DNA of 64,000 nt from Chiloscyllium plagiosum (Eukaryota): positions 43,864,847-43,928,846 of the forward strand of contig NC_057719.1 of assembly GCF_004010195.1 (NCBI RefSeq), in the 5' to 3' direction. Positions 37,360-48,300 of the stretch are shown piece by piece. Position numbers and translations under genes: made by a program. Below the pieces are notes generated by a model. The model did not search any database, was not told the origin of the DNA, and saw only the letters and a program-made list of their open reading frames with translations. The stretch's first letter is position 1; the number at the start of each line of letters is the position of its first letter.

Positions 37360-39295
37360 GTAAGGAAGCCATATCATTTTAACATGCAAGAAACTTGTAT
37401 TGCTGTTCTTCAAAGGTAGAAAATGTAGTCATTTAATGTGTGCATAGTTATGACATTCTAAGTGTTTGGGGAAGAATTACTTGAATACTGTTGGAAAGTA
37501 CACTATTTGAATCTAGCTACACTGATCAAATGGCCAGTTGCCCAGATTCTCATTATGATCAAATTACTGTATAGTCGATTTCCTTGTATAATGCGCAAGA
37601 TAAACTAAATTTCAAATTAATAATCTGCTTTTTCTTTCTTAGTCAAATTCATTTCATCCTCTTGATTTAGACCACAATTGGTGCCCTACTCAACACAAAT
37701 CAATTATTTAAATAGCTAAAATTGAATTTGACAGCAGAATTTAAGGATTACATTGACAGAGTAACAACAAACAATTACTGGGGGCTAGGGGAGTAGGTGA
37801 TAATCAGGGAGGTTTCCGTGCACATATTCCACCTGATGCCATGAGACCTCATGGAGTAAACATTGAGGACTCCAGGGACGGCTCTATACCAACTCTATCA
37901 TCACCTTTGGTGGATCTGTTCTACCAGTGGGACAGAACATAACCCAAAGATGGTGGTGTCTGGAGCATTTTCTATGCAAATCATTCTGTGAGTATGGCTT
38001 TGTTAGGCTGTTGCCTGACTAGTCTAAAGGGCTACTCTCCCAATTTTGACACAAGCCCCCATTCGTAAGATGTTGTAGCCACAGTATGTGCATCACTGAT
38101 CCAATCATTTCTGTAGTAAATTGTGAGCCTCCTCAGAATGTTGACCATGGGGATACAGCTAGGGTCATGGCATTAAATATCAAAGACTGTAGGTTAAGTT
38201 CTCTCTTTTTCGGAGATGGTGTTACCTGCCAGTTGTGTCCAAGTGTTTTGATAATAATCAGCCAAGCCTGGAAATCGCATTTGAGCACAGACAGCTTCAC
38301 TATTTGAAGAGTTAAAATTGGAATTGAAGACAATACAATCAGCAGTGAACATCCCATTTCTGGCCTTTTGATGAAACGAAGGTCATTGACAAAGCATCTG
38401 AATAATGAAGGAATCCAATTGCATGTGTGTAAGAAAAGATTGTAATTGTTTCAGCCAGCAGGGATGAGTCAGTGGACCATCTCTGCCTTCTCCTGAGGTC
38501 CCACTATCACAGAAAACATTCTTCTTCCAGTTCAATTCAATCCTCACAATGTGAAGAACGATCAAATGCTTTATATATAGTAAAAACTGTGGGCCCAACT
38601 GTCCTACTCCTCTTGAATCACAAGTAGTTTTGTCAAGACACTTAGCTTCCCCCAAAGCTGTCTGCCTTGTTTCAGTTGCTAGGTTTCTCCATTGATTGAC
38701 ACATCTGGTTGCACCCAGTGCACCCAAAATCAGATGCTGCAAATTTGCTTTCTAACATTTGGTCAGCTGTGTTTATATTGTCCTCCCTTCTTAAACCTAG
38801 AGGTCAGTAGATCGGAGCCAAGTTCCCAATACGCTCAGAAAATTTCCCCAACACCCATGCCGATGCCATGTGCTGATCCTTATTAGATGCCCCCTCTATA
38901 TTTAATACTCCCTCAATTTTTTTTCCTAGCTTTCTTGCACCAATGACATTCAGAAGATTAATCTTTAATTTCTGAAGAATTTACAGCCCAATCTCCAGCC
39001 TTTCATACGTTGCCCTGGAATTCCCAGGAAAGTTGGGAGGTGCAGGCCCTTTAACAGAGCCTTACCTATCTGCCAGCTAATGATATAAAAGTAGGCTTTC
39101 TTGACAAATAACCACTAGCAGCCAGAAGGTCCCAATCTCAGTCTCCCCGGTCTGCAAATTTGTCTTCTACTGTACTAGGCCTCACCAGGATACAAACCTG
39201 CAATGCAAGTGCCTCACACCGGGTAAATGAAAATGCCAACCATCCTGAGCCCCCCAATCTCAGTCTCCCCGGTCTGCAAATTTGTCTTCTACTGT

Positions 39296-39486
39296 ACTAG
39301 GAGAAAGTGAGGTCTGCAGATGCTGGAGATCAAAGTTGAAACTTTATTGCTGGAACAGCACAGCAGGTCAGGCAGCATCCAGGGAACAGGAGATTCGACG
39401 TTTCGGGCACAGGCCCTTCTTCAGGAATGAAGATAAAAGGTAGGGAGGAGGGACTTGGAGGAGGGGCGTTGGAAATGTGATAGGTA
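39296..39486 (-). mobile_element. Penelope-like family A single-arm element with well-formed hammerhead motif
   Basis: flanked by gtactagg repeats (39294-39301, 39484-39491); largely the reverse complement of window 1-191 type sequence. Confidence 0.88.
39393..39428 (-). ncRNA. Putative minimal type I hammerhead ribozyme
   Basis: AUUC-CUGAAGA-A-GGGC(CUGU)GCCC-GAAA-CG-UC/GAAU: 4-bp helix I, 4-bp helix II, palindromic ACGU in place of helix III. Confidence 0.7.
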
Positions 39487-39746
39487 CTAGGCCTCACCAG
39501 GATACAAACCTGCAATGCAAGTGCCTCACACCGGGTAAATGAAAATGCCAACCATCCTGAGCCCCACAGGAGGAAAAAAAAAATTGTGTGCACTCTTCCT
39601 GTCAAGCCCTGGGGCAAAGTGCAAGCCTACTGCAAGATGTCTGATGACAACGTTATTGAAATGCTTGCAAATGTACTACAGCACTGGTTATTATTATTTA
39701 TTCAGGGACACATTTTTATTCTTATCTTACCAAATTTGTCCTGTAG

Positions 39747-40178
39747 ATCTGTGGAGGAGACAAACCATTCCTTGCACCAAGTGACCTCCAGAGTAAACAC
39801 ATGGGGCTCCGAGATGAAGCTGTTAAATTATTCCGTGGAGTTAAGAAGATGGGAGGAGAGGAGTTCAGTCGCCGTTATTTGCAACAACTGGAGAATGAAA
39901 TTGACGAGTTGTACATAAACTACATAAAACACAATGATAGTAAAAACATCTTCCATGCTGCCCGTACACCAGCCACTCTATTTGTGGTGATATTTATTAT
40001 GTATGTAATAGCTGGAGTGACAGGATTTATTGGAGTGGACATTATAGCCAGTCTGTGCAACATGATAATGGGGCTGGCACTGATCACCCTGTGCACATGG
40101 GCATACATTAGGTATTCTGGAGAATACCGAGAACTTGGAGCTGTCATAGACCAAGTAGCAGGAGCCTTATGGGAGCAG
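39747..40178 (+). CDS. ATL1: Atlastin-1 exon 12 equivalent (helical bundle plus two transmembrane segments)
   Basis: tgtag|ATC...CAG|gtaag; 432 nt; [18 protein letters not shown]...[12 protein letters not shown]...[24 protein letters not shown]...ALWEQ. Confidence 0.98.
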
Positions 40179-41606
40179 GTAAGTGTGTTGCTGATTCTTT
40201 TTCTACATTTCTGAGATAATAGTCTTTTGCGGTTTACGTGACTTGAATTACATTCCAACAGCTTTGAAATAGTGGTGTGGTTTTTATTTAATCTGTAACT
40301 TTTTTTTAGTTTTAAATGGTAATTTTTAATAAGTTTGCAATCTTGGTTTTGAGGTCTGAATATTGATACATGCAACTGGTTACAGTATAGTTTAGTAAAA
40401 GTTATTTCTAAACAGCACCACATTAATCCTTTTGATGTGGCTATTACATTCACAGTTAAATCACTGTGGCTGCCACACTCATGCACATAATTGAATTGCC
40501 ACTCTGTCCCAGAGTGGGTCAGCTGCCTGTCTCTTATCTGCCTGGACACATTGTCAGAATGTACTCAGAGTCTTTCCTGATGTAATCTCATCAAAATGAG
40601 ACTAACTTTTCAAAATTCTTAACTATTTGTAAGAGGGTGTCAAAAGGGACTGATACAGCAAAAAATAAGGTCAACAATATATTTATTAGTTGTATTTAAC
40701 AATAATAAGACAACTAATTGAAATATATTTTGAAAGCTAAACCTTGATCTTGTCTGTTGATATAATACTTATCCATATACAACAAGTAATAATAATTTTC
40801 CAACATTTTCTTATTTTAATTGATTAACCATACTGTTAAAACAGTGCATTTATGTTAATGGTTGTGGTGTTGGATTCCTACCCATGTGAATGGAGTAAAT
40901 TTCAAACCCAAATCAGTCTGCCCTCTTTTGGAAATTTTTATTAAGTCATTTTGGCCACTAGATGGAAGATCATTCAGTCTTAGGAGAAGGTAAAGCTGAC
41001 TTAACCCATTTCTTACTAAAGAATAGCATCTGATGCAAACAGGATAATATTCTGATGTGAATAGAAGAAATGGCCAAATGTAAAGCCCAGACTGTGTAAT
41101 TTCCTTGTCTGAAGGAGAGAACATAGAAAGAAGGGAGCAATTGGGCATGAATTTATTTTCTAGTTAGAGATGCAATATGAAGGACCAAGGCAGGCCACCA
41201 CCAGGGTGAAAATAGTAAAGGAACACAAGATAAACAAAGATGTAATATCTAATTAAAACTCAAATTGAGGCCTGAAAAGCCGATAGAATGCAGAGGAAAT
41301 AAGTGAGGGTGCATTCAGTGGAAGAGTAACCATGTAGAATTGACAAAAGAGATAACAAAAAAGGCTACGTAGACAAAGATTGGAACAGTGGGCATCTTAT
41401 GAAGACAGAATACCACAAGTAAATATAGAAAAATATATTTCAAAATCTCATTTGTTCATTTAAACCCTCACCTTAAAAATAGTTGAAGTAAATGCAGTGT
41501 GTAATGAATTAAGAATGTTATACTTTTGCTTGTTGTTTTACAAAAATGGTATTTGGATTAGCTTTCTCCTTTCAATACTTTCTCTCTCCTTTCTGCAATT
41601 CCATAG

Positions 41607-41621
41607 GGAAGTACTAATGAG
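41607..41621 (+). CDS. ATL1: Atlastin-1 15-nt microexon (GSTNE), exon 13 equivalent
   Basis: long pyrimidine tract, ccatag|GGAAGTACTAATGAG|gtaagt; encodes GSTNE, the peptide found at this position in mammalian ATL1. Confidence 0.93.
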
Positions 41622-41944
41622 GTAAGTCTTCATTTATGTACTATCTTGCAATAGATCGCACCATAAAGTCAAACAAATTTCATTGTGTGTCAGTCTTTTG
41701 CCTGCATTTTTAGATTCTCTTTATTAAAATCATTTTCATGGTGCTTACTACCAGATAAACATTTTTACTTAAGGAGGTTTAAAGTTTGATACATTTCCAT
41801 AGCATCAAATTTCTTCTAAATTTTCTGTAATATTTAATGCCGTACTTGTGGGTCAGGAGGAGCAAGAAGCTTCATATGCCAATCTCTTCAAGTGCACATT
41901 CACTTAAGTAAACAAATTTGCAGAATACATTCAAATTGGTCATT

Positions 41945-42315
41945 AGAATCACAGAAGCCTATAACACAGAAAAGGCTCTTTGGCCTATCAGGTTTGCACC
42001 AGTCAAAAACAACCACCACACTATTCTAATTCTATGTTCCAGAATTTGGCCCATAGCCATGTCTACCTTGACAACACAAGTGCACATATAAATACTTCTT
42101 AAATGTTATCAGGATTTCTGCCTTTCCCACCCTTACAGGCAGTAAGTTCTAGATTCCCACCACCCTCTGGCTGAATAAGTCTTTTCTCACATCTCTTCTA
42201 AACCTCCTGCCCCTTACCATAAATCTATACTCCTAGGCTTTGATCCCTCTATCAAGGGGAAAGGTTTTTCTTGCCTACCCTATATATGATTTTCATAATT
42301 TTATATGTCTCAAAT
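41945..42315 (-). mobile_element. CR1 3' fragment
   Basis: CR1 tail and ORF2-end pattern (ccaccaccctctgg...ttttctcacatc...taaatctat). Confidence 0.7.
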
Positions 42316-44587
42316 ACACTAAGTAATGTATGATTCATTCTATAAACTACCATTGCATTTCAAATGGTAATACATTTAGACACTAGACTAAGTAAATGAC
42401 ACATGTATTTTTCAAGATTTCACCTTAAGTATATTTCTTTCCCATTTTTGAAATATCATAAGTTCGATATAACAATATGACAGAACCTTCTAAATCTGAA
42501 ACTGCCCCTGAGCTATGAGTCTGGCTGTGATGATTCAATCTTTGATTCACCATTTTTCCCATATTCTTGGCCCATCTCCCAGTCAGTGGAGGCAAAAATT
42601 TAGAAATCGTGGATTCAAACTTGGACACGTTATTACATTATCAAAAATGCATACAAACATATTGACTATTTTTACACCCATCTGTCTTTAAAACCAAAGC
42701 AGCACTGAAGATTTTCATTTGCCTCATCAAATCTGCACCAGCTCTATCAAAGATCATTCCAGTTAGTGCCACACCCCACTCTTTCCATACCTTGCATTTT
42801 CTTTCACGTTTTTTCAGTTTTCGTTTTGAAGGTTACTATTGGATTGATATTCAATACCTTATCAGGCAGTGCATTCCAAAACCTAAACAGTGAGCTTTGA
42901 TAATCCTGAATTCAAACAATGTATGCTTATTATTTACAGAGAGAGAAATCATTATACTCAAAAGCAGAAAATCATCAAATTTGCAGTCAGTCAATTAAGT
43001 GTTCTTCCTTTACACTGTACCAGAGATGTTTTAGTTAGCCACATTAGCCACACTCACTGTCATGCAGTTGCTAACTAAATGGCTACATGTTGTACAGGAC
43101 TACATCAGGGAAGTTGTTCCTGAACAGACTAATTTAAAAGTTAGGATTTTTAAAATTAATTCATAGGATATGGATGTTATTGCCCATCCCTAATTGAGAA
43201 GGTGGTGGTGAGCTGCAGTCCATTATGGGTAGGTACGCACACAATGCTAATAGGAAGGGAGTTCCAGGATTTTGATCCAGTGATAGTGAAGTAACTTTGT
43301 GATGGTTATGATTTTAGATTGCAGGTTTAAAACAGTCCTGTTTATTGAATCAGTTTAGAGAGACAGGTTGACAAACCCAGCAAAGTTCACCTTTGAGAAA
43401 TCGTAATGCAGCAATTGTCTTAATCTGAGTATCCAAGGACATAGTGGACAACAGTTACTCATGGCGCATTTGGAAACGTGTTCCGTAGGATTATATAATG
43501 TTATAATTCATAGATAATGCTGAGGAATTTCAAATTGATAAAAAAGTAAAATTAGACCTTCAGAATACATTTTTGAAACTAATTAGAAATAAAATGAGGA
43601 AATAAACTGGCAAACTAGTTAAATTATTGAACATCTTCTTGGAGACACTAGTTGTTCATCTCATAATGTTCATTCCCCTCGCAGTACAAGATACATTAAA
43701 TGTCAGTTTTATTTCAGATTTCAGAGATATACGCCAACAACTCGAGGTTTGATCCCCATTACACTGAGGAAGCTGCATCCTACCTTTGATAGGAAATCAC
43801 AGCACTTTGCTGATGTTGGCAAATAATTGCTAAGGACCTGCCTTCTGATAAACACTTGAACATAAATAATCACTATGACTTAACCTAAATTATAAGTGAG
43901 ATTCCACCACCTGGAGGAAGAATTTAAATAGGGTACTTTTGTTTTGCCATCTTAAGGTATTGTTTCTAATATTTTACATTTGTACAGATTCACTGCATTT
44001 TGGGTTTAACTGTTCAGTTTTATCAAATCTATTCAATATTGAATATTTAGTGAAATGTTTTGACTATCAATAATGGTAATCATGTACCTAAACACTTGCT
44101 GCATTTCAGCTGGGGTGAAACTGGTATTTCCTGCCATGACTGTGTAGACCATTGTTGGCCAGTAGTGGGTGCTGAAGCTATGATTTCAGGATAAGCATTA
44201 TTATCAAGCCAGCATCATTTTACAATATCTCTACTGATTCTTCAAAAGAGAAACCAGTGAACTTTGTCATAATTCATGTATTAGCTGATACCAGTGTAAA
44301 ATTACACAAATATCTCATTTGGATTTTTTTTCTGAGTGGTAACACTAAGTAGGAAACTAATTTTTTGAAGGTTATGTCTATTCAATTACTTTGTTAATTA
44401 GTATAATATTCAACAGAACCACTGTTAAAACTTGTGTTTTTTAAAACCTTTTAAAACATGACCATTTATTTTATTCTCACCTCCATATTTGTTAACAGAA
44501 GCATCTATCCTATGCCTCTCTAGCCACACAGGGAAGAACAAGAATCACAACTCTAAAGCTCCAAATAGCATGCTATTGTATCAGGCA

Positions 44588-44914
44588 AGGTGATGGCCTA
44601 GTGGTGTTATCACTAGACTGTTAAGCCAGAGGCATTTATAATATTCTGGGGACCCAAGTTCAAATCCTGGATGGCAGATGGTGACTTTTGAAATCAATTA
44701 CAAATCTGGAACTAACAATGACCATGAAACTATTCAGTTCTTGGGAGAAACATTAGTGGTTCACTAATGCCTTTTAGGGAAGAAAACTGCTGTCCTTAAC
44801 TGGTCTAGCCTCTATATGACTCCAGACCCACAGCAATGTAGCTGACTCTAAAAGGGATGGGCATTAAATGCTGGCCTAGTCAGCAACACCCATTCCCAAT
44901 GAATTAAAAAAAAC
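44588..44914 (+). mobile_element. tRNA-derived SINE with ancient LINE-type tail (distinct from HE1)
   Basis: tggcctagtgg...aagttcaaatcc boxes; tail gggcattaaatgctggcctagtcagcaacacccattcccaatgaattaaaaaaa; partial copy at about 63625-63760. Confidence 0.7.
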
Positions 44915-45427
44915 AAACTACAAAATCTACAATCTTGCAGCAATAAGGTGCCTCATTTATCTGTACTCTCTTGCAAGAAGATTTCAGGCATTCATTGTCT
45001 CAAATTGCAGAAATGCAAATCTCTACATCAAAATCAATTGTCAAAGCTAATTTGTTTATTGCAGCAAAATACAAAATTATATACCCCACCTCTCTACTAA
45101 AATTAACTTATTTAGGGAAATCTGGCAAATCTGATCTATTCTGCTTTGAGTAAAGGTTTTATTGTTTGTAAATTAAAATACCATCCTCAAGCAAATGAAA
45201 ATGGCATAATCATTTTGTCAATTGTAAAACTCAGGTTGACCAACTATGACAATTATTGACTACATGCTTAAATCAAAATGAGATTGAATCATGATTTTAA
45301 GTTCAATTTAGTTGTGATGTTTATAAACAGCGATTTACTGGTCCTGCGAGCAGTTTTGATTGAACTACCTGTATTTTGTTCTCCTGGTTTTTGTGAGCAT
45401 AATGTAAGTTGTTTTTGTTCCAAATAG

Positions 45428-45535
45428 GCTCTTTTCAGGCTATATGATGCAGCTACAAGCCACAGACACATTTATCACCACACCTTCCCTGCAGCACAAC
45501 CAGAAAGCAATGCAGATACCAAGAAGAAAAAATGA
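45428..45535 (+). CDS. ATL1: Atlastin-1 last coding exon (amphipathic C-terminal tail)
   Basis: aatag|GCT...TGA; ALFRLYDAATSHRHIYHHTFPAAQPESNADTKKKK*, similar to human [21 protein letters not shown]...; tail identifies ATL1 rather than ATL2/3. Confidence 0.93.
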   Translation, partial: ALFRLYDAATSHRHIYHHTFPAAQPESNADTKKKK

Positions 45536-46047
45536 ATTACCTGGATTCCTCTGCTGCACACTCACAAGGGAAATCTTTCATTATTATTGTGCATTCCCAT
45601 GCCACTAATCCAAGAAGTGCTATATAAATGGAAAGCCAATGATATGATAACTTGTAACTGAATGAAATCACATACCAACACTGAACACTGTGCTGGTTTT
45701 CACTTATAGTTATGTTGCAAATTGTAATGTGAAAATGTGCTAGTTTGCATGATTTTGTTAACTGTTGAAATGAGTCAAATGTTCTTCCATCAAGAATGTA
45801 CAATTAATGATTATTTTAATCACTTTAATGAACTTCTGGCACCTGTTTTTTTTCTTTCAACTGAACATTTGTCTTCCATAAGAACTTTAATTTTCAATGT
45901 AAGCACTGCACATTTAAAACATTTACTATTTATTGAATGTTAAAACCTGTTTTGGAACTCAATTTCTTTACTGTCTTAAGATTGCAATATAGTATATGTT
46001 AAAAAAACTTTGCTCATAGCTACAGCGAAATGTTTCCACCCATGAAA

Positions 46048-46090
46048 AATAAATTTGTTTTATTACTTTAAGTCAGTTCATCTTAATAAA
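46048..46090 (+). promoter_or_regulatory. Candidate ATL1 polyadenylation signals
   Basis: AATAAA at 46048 and 46085, about 500 nt after the stop, followed by U/GU-rich sequence. Confidence 0.5.
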
Positions 46091-46739
46091 TCATTGTGTC
46101 CTGATAAAATATTTAAGTCACCTTTAAATGCAACATTTACTTCAGTTTAAGACCAAAAATAGTAGCCAGCAAGACCAGATTAATATGTTATTATTACTTT
46201 TAGTAAAAGAGCACAAAAACATGAGATACAATATCTAAATTAATTAATTGCTGAATTCTGTTCAGGTTCTGTTTCCATTCTGTAAATAATGGTTTCTATG
46301 CACAAATGTAACCCTGAATCTCCAGAGAGCAGGTAGTTTCACATCATGGAAAATAATTCAAATAATCTGCTCGAGGTCAAAAAGTAAAGGAATTTGTGAA
46401 ATGCGGCAAAATAGTCCATGAAAAAGCGGTTTCTGAAATTCATATAAATTTCACCCTTCACCAAAAGCAATTTTAACTTGTGGTAATACAAGTATACTTG
46501 TCCAGATAGACAGGAAATCAAAATTGAAGAACAGTTTCCAGGTAAAGCTATTACTTTCTGGTCTTTTGAGTGCTACCAAATATCTTTGTAAACTTTATGA
46601 GTCAATCACTAAGGGAAGCTGAAATTTACCAATAGGAAATATAAAAGTTAAATATTTCATCAGATAAAGCTCATAAAACCCCTTACCCAAGTACAAATAA
46701 TAAAAAAAACTGCAGATTTATCAAACCTCAGCTGTGTCC

Positions 46740-47215
46740 AACATTGGATGTGATCCTCTCATTGGAAACATTTGCTAAATAACACTGTGCCAAGAGTTAT
46801 TCCGACAATCAATTTAGCATTGTCAGTAAGGTTTGTAGTGTGGCACATTTGCACATAGAGGAAGGTACGTATTTTAATACGTATTTAAAAATCTCTCTAT
46901 TTTTCACAGAGAGATCATGTGTAAACATTCCATTCTTTTCAATTCGTCAAAACAAGCGACAGATGATCTCCGGTTCATTTCTCTTAGCAATGCAATCATA
47001 GTCAATCTGTGTGGTTTAAAATTTAAACAATGTTTAGCAGTTAACTGTCAATCATCATCTAACTGGCGCATTTGCCATGGCAATGCCACTGCCAGAGTCT
47101 ACTTGTCAATCAAGACTCTCGTCTCACACAGTATCAGTGTTTTGTGTTTATATTTGTATTGCTTGTAAATTGCCCTGATTAGTTCAAGATGAAAGCTTCA
47201 ACAAAATGTTATTTT
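46740..47215 (+). mobile_element. Penelope-like 3' remnant (family C): GIY-YIG C-terminus plus decayed hammerhead motif
   Basis: HLLNN/CAKSYSDNQFSIVSKVCSVAHLHIEEGTYF; cCTGAttAgttcaagatGAAAgctt at about 47174-47198. Confidence 0.6.
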
Positions 47216-47669
47216 TTTCCGCAATACTCCCTTTTTTTTTTGGTAGTAGAGAAATTATTTTTAGTATGAAATCAACTGTTCAGAATTAAGAGTTTCTTTC
47301 CCATTCTATTTATACCTTTTATGAGATGGTAAACCAAGACATTGATTGATCAGGTGTCAATAATGGAAGTTAATGTTAGGGTAGTTATTTTGGAAGCATG
47401 AGATCGATTAATCTGAAGGATATTATCTAAATCTAACACTTGAAATAATTTGTTTAATTTTTTAACAGTTCTAAGTTTCCTTCCCTTATTACATTTCCAA
47501 CTATCATTTTTGTACATGATTTCTTGTCTATTTCTATTTGATTTCTATTGCTGGAAAAAACTATTTGCTGAAGCTTTTCATCTTGCACTGAAGACATTTT
47601 TAAGAATATCAATGAGAAGGGCAACACCATTGTAGATTTTTTTTTTTCTAATCAACCTGTTTAGAGATA

Positions 47670-47862
47670 AACTAGGAGAAAGTGAGGACTGCAGATGCTG
47701 GAGATCAGAGCTGAAAAATGTGTTGCTGGAAAAGCGTAGCAGGTCAGGCAACATCCAAGGAGCAGGAGAATCGATGTTTCAGGCATAAGTCCGAAACGTC
47801 GATTCTCCCGCTCCTTGGACGCTGCCTGACCTGCTGCGCTTTTCCAGCAATACATTTTTCAG
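47670..47862. mobile_element. Penelope-like family A fold-back element, 13-bp TSD
   Basis: TSD ctgtttagagata at 47657-47669 and 47863-47875; ~75-nt inverted arms; ribozyme core deleted at the apex. Confidence 0.88.
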
Positions 47863-47949
47863 CTGTTTAGAGATACCATGACACAGGATTTGAATCCAGA
47901 TCACCTGGCTTGAGGTAGGGACACTATCAAAGGAGCCCTGAGAACAATA

Positions 47950-48300
47950 TTGTATGCTGTATGAGAGGAGAATGCTGATTAATGACAAGCGGATTCTGAA
48001 TGACGTAAGGTTGACATAGACAATGCACCAGTTAGATGATAACTGACAGTTAACAGTCAAGCTTTGCTTAAATTTAAACCAGGCAGGTAGATTCAGATTG
48101 GGCAAAACATTGTCATATGGAATGAATGCAAAATTGACTTTGCCTATTTTTTAAAAATTGAAGTAGTTGCAGTCTGTGCATGTGCTCTTTCTGTCTGCAG
48201 ATAATAGGGTCCAGTATATTAATGCAGCATCACACTAAGGTCCAACTGCCAATCATAAATTGGTTGTCATTGTAATATTAACTGTTCAGTAACTATTCCT
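47950..48300 (-). mobile_element. Second family C Penelope-like remnant
   Basis: minus frame YNDNQF...INILDPIICRQKEHMHRL; 48022-48087 is an inverted homologue of 47007-47072. Confidence 0.6.

Larger units (their letters stand above)
39131..39565. repeat. 122-bp identical tandem duplication; second unit interrupted by a family A element
   Basis: 39131-39252 equals 39253-39301 plus 39492-39564. Confidence 0.92.

Noticed and set aside
39920..40549. 209-aa antisense ORF over ATL1 exon 12
   Set aside because: Shadow frame of a coding exon plus AT-rich intron; no recognisable protein features.
44499..44624. Possible alternative last exon of ATL1 (ttaacag|AAGCAT..., by analogy with ATL2)
   Set aside because: Acceptor is plausible, but the peptide has no resemblance to atlastin tails and runs into a SINE; no support without RNA data.
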